A DNA stretch of 44,702 nucleotides from Octopus sinensis. Lineage: Eukaryota. Where the stretch lies: the NCBI RefSeq assembly GCF_006345805.1, contig NW_021835877.1, positions 1 to 44,702 of the forward strand, in the 5' to 3' direction. The notes beneath the pieces were generated by a model that worked only from the letters and a program-made list of their open reading frames with translations, was not told the origin of the DNA and searched no databases. A program made the translations under genes and the position numbers. The stretch's first letter is position 1; every line of letters starts with the position of its first letter. This document shows, one piece after another, positions 12,380 to 24,269 of the stretch.

Positions 12380-12597
12380 AAGACGGTGAGCGAGCAGAAC
12401 CGTTAACCGCTGGACGAAATGCTTAGCGGTATTTCGCCCATCGCTACGTTCTGAGTTCAAGTTCCGCCGACGTCCACTTTACCTTTCGTCCTTTCGGGGT
12501 CAATAAATTAAGTACCAGTTGCGTACTGGGGTCAACGTAATCGTCTTATCCCTTCCCCACAAAATTTCAGGTCTTGTGTCTATAGAGGAAAGGATTA
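12380..12597 (+). mobile_element. SINE-A, near full length, tail A1
   Basis: GACGAAATGCTTAGCGGTATTTCGCCCATCGCTACGTTCTGAGTTCAAGTTCCGCCGAC...AAGTACCAGTTGCGTACTGGGGTC...AAATTTCAGGTCTTGTGTCTATAGAGGAAAGGATT. Confidence 0.85.
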
Positions 12598-13920
12598 TAT
12601 TTCTGTATATACTTTGTTCCCTCTCGACATACGTAGAATATAGGGGCCGCCACTGCCATTTCCTCACCACCACATAACCATCGTACTAACCCCCCACATT
12701 CTTACGCCACCATCCCAACACCGCACCACGTCAACACAACACCATCACATCATACCACCATAAAACCACTACAACCATCACCACCACCACCACCACCACC
12801 ACCTCCATCATTATCATCCCTACACCACTATACAACCACCACCCATCACTACCTCCACCTCCACCACGACCACAACCACCACCATCATCGGTCAAAGATA
12901 CCATGGACAATGACCACTTGTTGAATTATTGGCATTTGATAATGATTGTTATTGTAGTTATTGGTGGTGGTGGTGGTGGTGGTGGTGGTGGTGGTGGTGG
13001 TGGTGGTATGGTATGTGATAAGTGGTTGTGTTTAAAAATGTATTCTTGAGTTCGGAGGTGTGACTTGTTAGTAGTATATCTGGACATGGAGATAGAGGGA
13101 GGGTGAGGGTAGAGGTAAAAATACGGAGGGAGAAAGGGTGAGAGAAAAATGGGGTATATATATATATACACATCTATATACACATCTATATATATAAATA
13201 TATATATACATCTATATCTATATATATATAAATGTATATATATATATTTACACACACGCACATATACACACACGCACGCACGCGTGTACACACACACATA
13301 TATGCATATATATATATACATATACACATATATATATATATGTACATCGAGAGGGAGAGAGGAGAGAGAGAAAGTGTGTGAGTGTGTGGGGTGGGGGAGG
13401 GAAGAAGTGGCATGGCGACAGAGTCTTCGTATCATAGAAGGTCTTTTGTTTTTAATCTTCTATTTTTGATTCTAGAATTTTTCAGGTTTCGATAAGACAC
13501 AATAAAGTCAGGCCATTGTCCTAACTACAACCTTAACTTCAACAAAACGCTTACACTAAATTCTTTAACACAAACACAGACACAACCCAAACACAAGCCA
13601 TGCTATGACACAAATCTCTCTCAAAAATTCTATGGTCTCGTCCTTAATGTAGCCCCAACACTCATACGAGCGAAAACCACAATCTTACACCTAATACAAA
13701 CAAACCCCTAACTTTAACACAAACTAAGGTACTATTATAAATCACGAGGGGTACTTACAGAATGGCCGAGGCTTATGAACGTTCTTATTTCGATTTTGAA
13801 GCATAAACTTATAAATCTTCATTGCATTGCTTTAAGATAACGATTTTTGTCCCTGGTTTCCAGCGGAAAGTGCTGCATTCAAGTTTGTTTCATTTTGTCA
13901 AAGATCCCTCGATTGTCTCC

Positions 13921-13968
13921 GATTGCTGACGAAATTCCGCAACAGGATTGAAACTAGTTCGGCAGATC
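13921..13968 (+). ncRNA. Hammerhead-like motif (minimal type I)
   Basis: CUGACGA 13926-13932; stem II AAUUCC/GGAUU around a GCAACA loop; GAAAC 13950-13954; palindromic stem III ACUAGU followed by U. An alternative GCUGA/UCGGC pairing could misfold it. Confidence 0.45.
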
Positions 13969-14064
13969 CCTATTTTTTTTTCTTACTATCCATAAAGATA
14001 TAGAAAATAAAGACATGGTGTTTCTTGTTGAATGGTAAAGCAGTTTATTTTGCAACCACGAGAG

Positions 14065-14292
14065 CGGGTTTCAATGTTTGTGGATGAAACCGAGCGATCG
14101 GGAACTATATAGAAACCCTTGGAGAGATTGTAATTTAAAGGTACCGCCTTGTCACACAATGTGTCGCTTTGGGAATTACATTAAGGCCGCATGTGTCTGT
14201 GGAATACTCAACTGCTTTCATGGTCGCTCAATGAGAATGTGATTCGGTTGATGGAACAACTGAGCCTTCATCATTGAAACCGACGAAGATCC
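14065..14292 (+). mobile_element. Degraded SINE-C remnant plus tail E
   Basis: AAAGGTACCGCCTTGTCACAC...ATGTGTCTGTGGAATACTCAAC...CGGTTGATGGAACAACTGAGCCTTCATCATTGAAACCGACGAAGATCC aligns to tail E of 9549-9700. Confidence 0.6.
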
Positions 14293-14339
14293 ATCTATAC
14301 ACACAGAGTTCGCAAAATATTTTTAGATATATTCTATAG

Positions 14340-14540
14340 CAGTGCTTTTCAAACTTTTTGCTGGGGCGGAACCCCAAGGAAACATTCCACTGGCTCGAGG
14401 AACCCCTGTGCAATAATTTAATAGTCTTATGCACACATATCTGCACAGGAGAATTAAAAATTACTGCCGATTTTAGCAGTTTTGTAACTTCTTGCGGAAC
14501 CCCTGGACTGCACTGGCGGAACCCTGGTTGAAAACCACTG
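14340..14540. mobile_element. hAT-superfamily MITE (201 bp)
   Basis: TIRs CAGTGCTTTTCAAAC / GGTTGAAAACCACTG; perfect 8-bp TSD TTCTATAG at 14332-14339 and 14541-14548; four subterminal G(C/A)GGAACCC(C/T) motifs. Confidence 0.92.
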
Positions 14541-15061
14541 TTCTATAGCATAGAAACATGATTGAAACAAAACACTGTTACCGCACGAGTAATTTAGTCA
14601 TTGAAGTGTCTGCTAAGAATGCGTTACATATGCAAATTGGTACTTCCAGTTTTCTGAAGCCTTCGGTAATACTGGATTTATTAGCAGATAAAGAGAGTAA
14701 TGTTTCGTTGTTGAAATCTCAAGCAAAAACACACAGTTTTTACTCAACATGAACACACAGGATCACAATGTTGAATACAACTGTACAGACACATATAAAT
14801 CAAATATATCTGAATACGAGATGTAAGGGAGTAAAAAATGCTAGTGGCAGAATGAGAAGGTCAATGAAAAGGTCAAAACTGTGAAGCAAAAGACTTCGAT
14901 AAACCGATGTTTAATTAGTTAATTAATAACTTAATTAAAGAAATGAACTACATCCAGTATGTGTGTTATTATTGGCATAATAACCCTTCCCAGTACAACA
15001 ATATCTGTTTCAACACACGATCTCACATTAAGAATCTTTCGAAATAAATACAAAGATGACA

Positions 15062-15113
<52 letters not shown>

Positions 15114-15472
15114 GCCTATGTATACGTAGGCATATCCCTTTCCCTTCGTCTATGCCTTTCTCCTTAAGTCATTTCAAAACATTTAATCACATTTGCCTTA
15201 ATTAACGAATCCATTTTAAATAAGCTCACTAATGACTTTAAGCATTTTAAAACATTTCGCTTTCATTTAATATTATTTTAAGCAAGTCAAACCCCACAAG
15301 GATTTAAATGATCGTCTGACACCAACGCTTTCCTCTTTATTTTACACCCTCAAATACGTCTTCTTACCCGTCACCACTTGCCTCTATACTCTTCTTCTTT
15401 ATTATTATTGCTCTGTTTTGTTGCTTTTGCTGTTCTTGTTGTTGTTATTGTTGTAGATGTTGTTTAGAAAGG

Positions 15473-15507
<35 letters not shown>

Positions 15508-15508
15508 G

Positions 15509-15613
15509 AAGCGGCGAGCTGGCAGATTCGTTGGTATTTCATCTGTTAAGGCGGCGAGCTGGCAGAAACGTTAGCGGCATTGCGTCTGCCGCTACGATCT
15601 GAGTTCAAATTCA
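15509..15613 (+). mobile_element. Two tandem, internally deleted SINE-A heads after (ATT)n
   Basis: AAG(G)CGGCGAGCTGGCAGA at 15509 and 15548; both lack the GCACGCCGGGCGAAATGCTT segment. Confidence 0.75.
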
Positions 15614-15619
15614 GCGTTT

Positions 15620-15957
<338 letters not shown>

Positions 15958-16097
15958 AAAGATGAATAATCTTGTTGCAGATTAATCAAAAGTTTAACCG
16001 ATACCTTGGTAGCAAAAATCACGGCAGAAGAAAGCACGGTTGGAGATAAAACCTTTTGGTGTTGCAACCGTGCGTTGGTGCGGATAATTGAATTTTT

Positions 16098-16409
16098 GTA
16101 TTATTAGTGAATTGAAGAAATGGAGTTGAACGAAGATTGAACAGAATTCCTTTTATTGCATTCTACACATGTTTCAAAAGCCACAATTTTCCAAATTCTG
16201 ATTAAATAAGGATCCCATATTGTGGCTTTCTCTTCTGTTTTGTTCTGCCAACGAAATTCCTATTTTTTTCCTGAAGAGAAAGCCACAATATGGGATCCTT
16301 ATTTAATCAGAATTGGAAAATTGTGGCTTTTGAAACATGTGTAGAATGCAATAAAAGGAATTCTGTTCAATCTTCGTTCAACTCCATTTCTTCAATTCAC
16401 TAATAATAC
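16098..16409. repeat. Near-perfect long inverted repeat (arms 16098-16235 and 16273-16409, 37-bp spacer)
   Basis: The arms are exact reverse complements by eye except for one extra A in the left arm (TTTTCCAAATTCTG versus TTTTCCAATTCTG). (TA)n starts at 16410. Confidence 0.95.
16254..16363 (+). ncRNA. Type-I hammerhead ribozyme motif
   Basis: CUGAAGA 16271-16277; 12-bp stem II GAAAGCCACAAU (16278-16289) / AUUGUGGCUUUU (16320-16331) with G-U closing; GAAAC 16332-16336; GUA triplet 16341-16343; stem I UUC/GAA plus distal AAUUCC/GGAAUU. Confidence 0.65.
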
Positions 16410-16467
16410 TATATATATATATATATATATATATAATGAATTATGTATTACGTATATATATATGTAT

Positions 16468-16561
<94 letters not shown>

Positions 16562-18265
16562 TTATATATACAGACACATGCGTACATATGATATAGGTCC
16601 GCTATGTCATGTAAATGGTGTACGTATTATAAACCATTTAGTATATATTCGCAACATGTGGCAGCGTTGCTCAGTCTTTTGTAGATCGACTAAAGATTTC
16701 GTATACACGAGCTCTCGCATACGAACGCACACACACACACACAAATACATATATACACACACACACTCAAACACACACTTACATGCTCCACGTATACATA
16801 CGTACACGTTTTGTCCAAGTAACCTGCAAGGAGTCGGGTTAACTTCTGAATAACAGCGAACTGGATCAGGAGAAATATGAAAGTATAGAATTGCGCGCGC
16901 GTGTGTGTGTGTGTGTTGAGTGTATATTTTGTGTCTGTTGACTGTGTACACCGAGTACGACCCACCCCCACCCCCATCCTTCCACCCGTTTCTATCCATC
17001 TGATATCTTTGTTTCGAACCAGCTACCACACTGCGATAACACTCAGATAAGGAACGAAAACCTCTTGGCCTGCCATGCTTCTGCGTCTGCGACAACAACA
17101 ACAACTACAACTATTGATACTACCACCACTGCTACCACCACCACCACTACTACTACTACTACTGCTGCTGCTGCTGTTGCTGCTGCTAATACTAATACTA
17201 CTACTACTACAGCAAACTGAAGTTCAACAACGATTATTGTTATAGCCATCAGGAAGCACACGCCAATATCACCACCATCCCCATCACCACCACCACCACC
17301 ATCAACACCATCACCACCATCAACACCACCACCACCACCCTTACCGCCACCACCATCATCACTACCACCACAGATCACTAACACCACCGCTACCAGCGCA
17401 ACCTCATTACACGACTGCCACGACCACCACCACTAATTCTTCCACCGCGACGCGCTGCCAATTCCACTATCATGAACTCCACTACCATCAATACGAAGAT
17501 GGGGGATGGCCACGGCTGGCATGTCTGATTAATTAGACTGGTCTACGGCTAAACAGCCACACCATCAATAACCCACCCCCCACCCCCGAGAAGAAGAAGA
17601 AGAAGAAGAAGAAGAAGAAGAAGAAGAAGAATAGGAGGAGGAGGAGGTTGTGGGGGGTGTGGGGTAGAAGAAGAAGAAGAGGAGAGGCTTTGCCACTCAT
17701 TACCCAGTAACGCAGAGATAACGGACTGGACAACAACAACCACAACAACAACCACAACAGCCACGGCTACAAAGCAACTGTCTGTGCCACCATTATTCGC
17801 TACGGTCACCACAAACCTCACCACCCTCCCCCACAGCTACCACAACCACCATACCACCACCCCGCGGCCCGCTCCACCGCCACCACCACCAAATGTAAGG
17901 CGGTGGAAGTTTAAGGTGGAGTGTGACAGAGGACAGATGTTGGTTTGGTGGTTCACTTGGTGTGAGTAGAAGTGGTAGGAGATGAGAGTGAGGAGGTGGG
18001 AGGTCAATGAGGTAAAGGGTAAGAAAGAGAGAGAGAAACAAAGGAGGAATAAAAGAGAGAGAGAGAAAGAAAGAGCGAAAGAGAGAGAGAGAGAAAGAGA
18101 GAGAGACTGAAGAGTCTGCAATGGTTCTTTGACATTTGACGTTTCTCTCGCAACATCTTCCTCTTTTCTCAGAATATTCTTGAATTATCGTCGGTGTTGT
18201 TGTTATTCTTGTTTAGCCCTAGGTCAGTCTCAGCTATGCATTCCAACTGTGATTCCAGAACTACA

Positions 18266-18668
18266 TTACTCTTTTACTTGTTTCAGTCATTTGACTGCGG
18301 CCATGCTGGAGCACCGCCTATAGTCGAGCAAATCGACCCCGGGACTTATTCTTTGTAAGCCCAGTACTTATTCTATCGGTCTCTTTTGCCGAACCACTAA
18401 GTTACGGGGACGTAAACACACCAGCATCGGTTGTCAAGCAATGCTAGGGGGACAAACACAGACACCCATACATACACACACACACTTATATATATACATA
18501 TATACGACGGGCTTCTTTCAGTTTCCGTCTACCAAATCCACTCACAAGACATTGGTCGGCCCGGGCTATAGCAGAAGACACTTGCCCAAGATGACACGCA
18601 GTGGGACTGAACCCGGAACCATGTGGTTGGTTAGCAAGCTACTTTACCACACAGCCACTCCTGCGCCT
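18266..18668 (-). mobile_element. Complete SINE-C: tRNA-like head, CORE-like CTTGGGCAAGTGTCTT, short internal microsatellite, tail F
   Basis: Reverse complement AGGCGCAGGAGTGGCTGTGTGGTAAAGTAGCTTGC...GGTTCCGGGTTCAGTCCC...GAAAGAAGCCCGTCG-(TA/TG)n-...GGCGGTGCTCCAGCATGGCCGCAGTCAAATGACTGAAACAAGTAAAAGAG. Confidence 0.88.
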
Positions 18669-18970
18669 ATAATTGTCTAATTCTTTTGGGGGTTTTTTTT
18701 GGGGGGGGGTTAAGACGATAGGATGTAATGTGAAAGAAACTTAGCTACTACTTCTAGAAAGTCAAAAGCGACCAAAGAATTCCCACCATTGGATCCAATC
18801 TACTTGGGGCTTTAATTTCTGTAGAAGAAAGCCTTCTTTCATTTTTGCAGGATCACGTTGAGTTTTTGGTCCTAATCTTCTCTCTGAGTCTATTTCTCAG
18901 TCTTTCTAGTGAGACTGTCTCTAATTTCTTAACACAATTAATGTTCGATGTAACGGCCAAGAAAGTATTA

Positions 18971-19440
18971 TGGCTTTATAAGCAGTGTGTTCGTGTGTAG
19001 TGAAGGAGGATTCACAGCTGCTGACGAAGATCCCCCCAAAAGTCAAATATAAAGCTGGTCTGTCCACAAACTCATTACGCAAATGTATTGTTTACAATCG
19101 TCGTAGCTCACAGTATTGGTTAACAAGTCCATAGACATGTTCTATAATACATTAAATCAATCAAATTAAGTAATGATAACACAGCAATAATTTAATATTC
19201 GGTCTAACGTCTTAGAAATGCGTTAAAGTATGCAAATCGGTTTATCCCGCTTACTTTAGCCACTAATATCAGTGGCTTTACAAGCAGTGTGTTCGTGGAC
19301 AGTTAAGGTGGGTGCACAGGTGTTGACGAAGAGATTTTAATTAGGGTCAAAACGTGCCTCTACAACTGGCCCCTGTTTTCTGCCCACAAACATATTGTAT
19401 AGACGTATAGTTTCCATTCATCCTAATGTCTAGTATTGGC
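18971..19440 (+). repeat. Old diverged direct repeat (period 302 bp), each copy with a decayed hammerhead-like core
   Basis: 18971-19030 versus 19273-19332 match at 50/60 nt. Cores are CTGACGAAGA..GTC-AAA and TTGACGAAGA..GTC-AAAAC. Confidence 0.65.
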
Positions 19441-20040
19441 TCAAAATCCTGTAAGTGTATTCCGTTATGTTTTATAGTAATATATTAGTTAATATTAGCT
19501 AACAATAGCCTTCTAATCTCAACGTTTAAACCCCCAGAATTCTAAACCATTCCTATATTTCTAGACGTTGGCTGTTCCATGTATTACTTTGATGGTATAA
19601 TGACCAAGAAATGGGGTCCCTTTTTTTTATCCCGTCTCCCGGACATCTGTTTACCATTTCACTTTTAAGTGCTTTTCTTCTAAACCTTATATTTCCTTAA
19701 TGTTCACTTTTTTCCTCCTAAGAATTCCCTTTGTTATTTTTGCCACTCTCCCTCCTCCTCACTCACCCCTCGTCTAAATTCTCTGTCTTTTTCTTCTTCG
19801 CCTCCTTGAAGATAGAAAACACTTTCCATCGTGTATTCCAGATATTTTTATCCTTTGTGTATTAACAATTTGTATCAAACCACTTCTATTCCCTTCGGTT
19901 ATATTTATATAAAACCCACTGCGGTTATTTTGCAGTGATTCTATCATTGTAGTTGTCCCCTTTGCCCATCTTTTTCTGCCCCTTGCAAATATAAACTATT
20001 TATTTTTTTACTATTATCATTTTCTTTTACTGTTCTACTT

Positions 20041-20612
20041 TGGCAGAATCGTTAGAGCATCGGAAAATTTACTTTGTGGCATTTCTTCTGGCGTCTTACG
20101 ATCTGAGTTCATGTCACGCCGATGTCAGTTTTTAGTTTTTGTTGTTCCGTTATCAACAAAACAAAGTACCAGTCAAGTACTGCGGTCGATGTAACCGACT
20201 GACTCTCCCCCTCAAAATTGCTGGCCTTGTGCAAAAGTTAGAAAGGGTTATTTAAAGGTGGCAAGCTGAGAGAATAGTTAGCAAGCCGGACAAAATGCTT
20301 TATGCCATTTCGTCCGTCTTTACGTTGTTTACAAATTCCGCTGAGGTTGACTTTGCCTTTCAGTCTTTCCGGTCGGGATCGATGTAATCGACTTGACCCC
20401 GTCCCTCAAACAATTTCAGACCATGTCTTTAGGGAAGAAAGAATTATTATTATTATTATCGTTGCGTAAGGCGTTCAAATACCGTTGAAGTCGGAACTGC
20501 CTTTCATTTTTTCAGGGTCGATAAATAAAGTACCAGTGAAACACTGGAGTCGATGTAATCGACTTCTCCTCTCCTCCAAAATGTCAGGCCTTGTGCCAAT
20601 ATTAGAAAGGAT
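20041..20612 (+). mobile_element. Three head-to-tail degraded SINE-A copies (20041-20250, 20255-20445, 20474-20612)
   Basis: Each carries parts of the SINE-A body, CGATGTAA(T/C)CGAC and the A1 tail (GCCTTGTGC..TAGAAAGG/AAAGAATT) running into ATT repeats. Confidence 0.8.
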
Positions 20613-20619
20613 AATTATC

Positions 20620-20674
20620 ACCACCATCATCATCATCATCATCATCGTTATCATTATTGTTATTATTATTATTA

Positions 20675-20732
<58 letters not shown>

Positions 20733-20737
20733 CATCA

Positions 20738-20778
<41 letters not shown>

Positions 20779-20907
20779 GAGTGAGAGAGCAGTGCATGCC
20801 ATCAAAGTGACACTGGAGTACAAATATACGAAGCCCGGTATACCCATCATGACTACTCGTCTGGTAAGGGTACACCAGTCACATGCATCACAACCATATG
20901 TGCACGA

Positions 20908-20968
<61 letters not shown>

Positions 20969-20970
20969 GC
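20620..20970. repeat. (ATC)n/(ATT)n microsatellite split by a 130-bp insert
   Basis: Direct reading. Confidence 0.95.
20779..20908 (-). mobile_element. 130-bp non-coding insert within (ATT)n, probably a 5'-truncated 3' UTR of a TAA-targeting retroposon
   Basis: Sharp boundaries with pure (ATT)n on both sides. Strand and class are inferred by analogy with 714-790 and 885-1910. Confidence 0.5.
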
Positions 20971-21742
20971 AGGCAGGATAGTCAGCGCATCGAACAAAAT
21001 GCTAAACGGTATTTCTTCTGGCCCTTTACGCCGAGGATGACTTAGCCTTTCATCTTTTCGCCATCATCATCATCATCACCACCACCACTACCACTGACAT
21101 CACGATCATTACTACTACTACTATTACTACTACTACTACTACCACTACTACTACTACTAATTCTACTACTACTACTACTATCACCATAATTTATAGTGGT
21201 GATGGTGGTGGTGGTGGTGGTGGTGGTGGTGGTGATGGTGGTGATGGTGATGGTGAAGAGTTAGGTGACAGTAGATTAGGTGGTACCTTCGTCTCGGTAA
21301 AACTGGAAGATGTGGTTATGTTAGTGGTAATGACGGTGGTAGTTTTAGTGGGGATGGTCATGGTGATAATGATTTTAGCGGTGATAGTGGTGGTGGTCGT
21401 GGTGGTGTTGGTGGTGGTGGCGGTGGTGGTAGTAGTCGTAGTAGTAGTAGTGGCGGTGGTGGTGGTGGTGGTGGTAGTAGTAGTAGTAGTGGTGATGGTG
21501 GTGGTAGTGGTGGTGGTGTGGTCGTCTCGTAGTACCTAGGTGGTGATGGTGGTGGTGTTCCAGTACATAACTCCACACCCCTTCCAATCCCCAGCGTTAT
21601 TTTGGGAGTGTGGCACAACGGTACTCCCCCACCCTAACCACCCGGAGGGGGGAGGGGGGCTGACCTGCTGCCTCTACAAAGTAATTTCATTTACGTTATA
21701 GTTCGGAGGGCGAGGGGTAGGGGACCTTTTGTTATTGTTAGC

Positions 21743-21775
<33 letters not shown>

Positions 21776-22974
21776 AAGCTATTAGCGATGTTGATGATAA
21801 TGGTGGTGGTGGTGGTGATGATGATGATGGCGATGATGATGATGGTGGTGGTTGTAATGGTGGTGGTGGTGGTGGTGGTGGTGGTGGTGGTGGTGATGAT
21901 GAGGATGATGATGATGATGATGATGATAGTGGTGAAGATGGTGGAACTGATAGTTTGGGTGGTGGAAGTGGTGGTGGTGGTGGTGGTGGTGGCGGTGGTT
22001 GTGTCTATCTCCCAGTTCTCTCATCCTCCAGGACACTTCAAAAGACCAACCGCCACGCACGCACGCACGCATGCACACACATCCCGTCGCCACCCACCAC
22101 TTTCCACCACCCAACCACTCGTCACTCCCCCACTCCCTCGATTCCACTTAATGATATCCAAATTTTGGGCTTGATGAACGGGGGGGAGGGGCGCTGTTGA
22201 TGGTGGTGGTGGTGGTGGTGTGGTGGTGGTGATGGTAATGGAAGAATAACTAAGGGGGAGATGGTCTAATATTCCGATTGGGATTTCACATGGAGACAAT
22301 AGAGGATGGCATTAGGGGTGGTGAGGACGTGGTGGCGGCGGTTAAGATGGTGTTTAAGATGCGCCGACGATGCGATAATACGGTGCGGGAATCTGCTGAG
22401 ATTCCGGCCCAGGGGTACAGGGGTACGGTGGAGGTATGGTAAGGGTGGTGGGAGTGTTGACCCGACTGACTGATTGGTTTAGTGGTGTGTGGGTCGGTCG
22501 GTCGTTCGGTGAGTTTTTGGTGACCCGACGTCATGTGTTTGGATGTCTTCGAGTCTGCTGGTTTAAGCATCAAATTTACCATTTTCTGTGATGCGACTTG
22601 TGTCTCTAATTCTTCGCTTAAATCAAGTTGTATGAAATATTTTTCATATGTGATGATGGTTGAATAAAGGAAAGAAGATGTGTGGATGTGAATTGGGAGT
22701 GGGTGGGAGGGCCCGGGAGGGCCCAAAGACAATCACAACACGTGCCAGGGGATAGCAGGAGATGGCAGGGTCGGGGGTGAACTAATGGGTATCAGACGGA
22801 CGAATGTGTGGGGTGTGCGTCTCTACTCTGATTCTACCCTAAGCACTAGCATTACCCGTCTCCTCGCACCCACACACCCGTCATCTTGTGTAGAATCGAT
22901 GGAGCAAAAAATGGACGTAAATATAATTTTAGACTTATTTCAAAAACTAAAATATCATTTTTTTAATAATATTT

Positions 22975-23175
22975 TTTTTTTACTTGTTTCAGTCGTTGGA
23001 CGGTGGCCGTTCTGGGGCACCGCTTTGAATGGTTTTAATCGAACGAATCGATCCCATTACGTATCAGTTTTAAGACTGGTTCTTATTTTATTAGGTTATT
23101 TTGCTGAACCGCTAAGTTTCAGGGGGTGTAAACTAACCAATACTGGTTATCAAGTTGTGGGAGACAATTCAAAAC
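22975..23175 (-). mobile_element. Degraded tail F (SINE-C 3' half)
   Basis: TACTTGTTTCAGTCGTTGGACGGTGGCCGTTCTGGGGCACCGC...GCTGAACCGCTAAG aligns to 18266-18460. Confidence 0.75.
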
Positions 23176-23834
23176 ATCACTATACACAGATATATATATT
23201 ATATATATATATATTATAATATATATATATATATATATATTATATAATATATATAAATAATAAATATTAGGGAATAACTCCAATTACAGGGAAAAATCAG
23301 ATTAGGATAAATCGATTTTATAGTAAAATATTATAAAATATTATTCGAGACAAACCAATTATTTGCAAAACAAGGAAATACTTAATCAATACATAAAATT
23401 CAATAAATAGTCAAATACTATTATAAATACTATTTATTAAAATATATATTAAGTCTCTTGTTTGTGTTTCATAGTGGTGTCTCGAATATATTTATATATA
23501 TATATATATATCATATATATATATATATATACACATACTTAATACATACATAAATACATACATACGTACATGCTGGATTCTCTTGTCGTGAACAACAAAT
23601 GAGGTTTTCAGTAAAATAAAGTGTCAGACATGTCCTATGTTACTCGAATGTGTCTCTTGAGACTTTCTGGTGCCTTGCAAACCTTTTGACAAATGAAACA
23701 AGTTGAGGACTCAGTTTGTTCGAGTGCTCCTGGATCATTTACTAAGGGTTTTGTTGAAAGGACGGCAAGGCCTGCTTTGCGGCGTGCCACAGAAGGTAAG
23801 GTAAGGTTTCCACTTAGGGGTGGTGGTGGTGGTG

Positions 23835-24178
23835 GATCTCCGTCGCTCGATGACGAGGATTCAGTTGTTTGACCAACCGAATTACCTGTTTCTAAAATTA
23901 CGTATGAGTGGTTGAGTATTCCGGGCGTGTTCTCTTAATCAAATTCTCAGGCAGAATCAGTGTGACGCAGTTTCTAACAGAGCTGTACCTTTAGAATTCC
24001 AGGTACAATCCCAACGATGGGTTTCTCTACAGTTTCCTTGCACCAAGTTTCACTCATATAATACGGGTCGACCCGAGGCTATAGAAAATTACGTTTGCCC
24101 AGGACTTCCTGCAGTGAGATCGAACACGGAACCTTCTTGTTGCGAAGCGAACTTCTCACCCATTCAACCATACGACAC
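23835..24178 (-). mobile_element. Degraded SINE-C head joined to tail E
   Basis: Reverse complement: GGTTCCGTGTTCGATCTCACTGC..CCTGGGCAAACG..CTATAGCCTCGGGTCGACC..GGAAACTGTAGAGAAACCCATCG, then tail E ending CAACTGAATCCTCGTCATCGAGCGACGGAG. Confidence 0.7.
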
Positions 24179-24269
24179 CTCGTACAATACAGTAACAAAG
24201 TTGTAGAAGCAAAAAGCTTTATGATTTTTATTTTTATTTTCAATTTAATTATTTTTTCTTCATAATTCT

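Noticed and set aside
16025-16073. CAGAAGA followed by a 9-bp hairpin GCACGGTTG/CAACCGTGC
   Set aside because: It looks like half a hammerhead, but there is no GAAA or NUH after the stem.
16236-16272. Palindrome spacer resembles the 13921-13980 element (ACGAAATTCC and CCTATTTTTTT)
   Set aside because: Only two short AT-rich matches, and the spacer is explained as stem I of its own hammerhead; chance cannot be excluded.
22405-22430. PLYPW in ORF 22286-22732 as a Hox hexapeptide
   Set aside because: It lacks the YPWM methionine, no homeobox is visible, and it arises from a local CAGGGGTA duplication.
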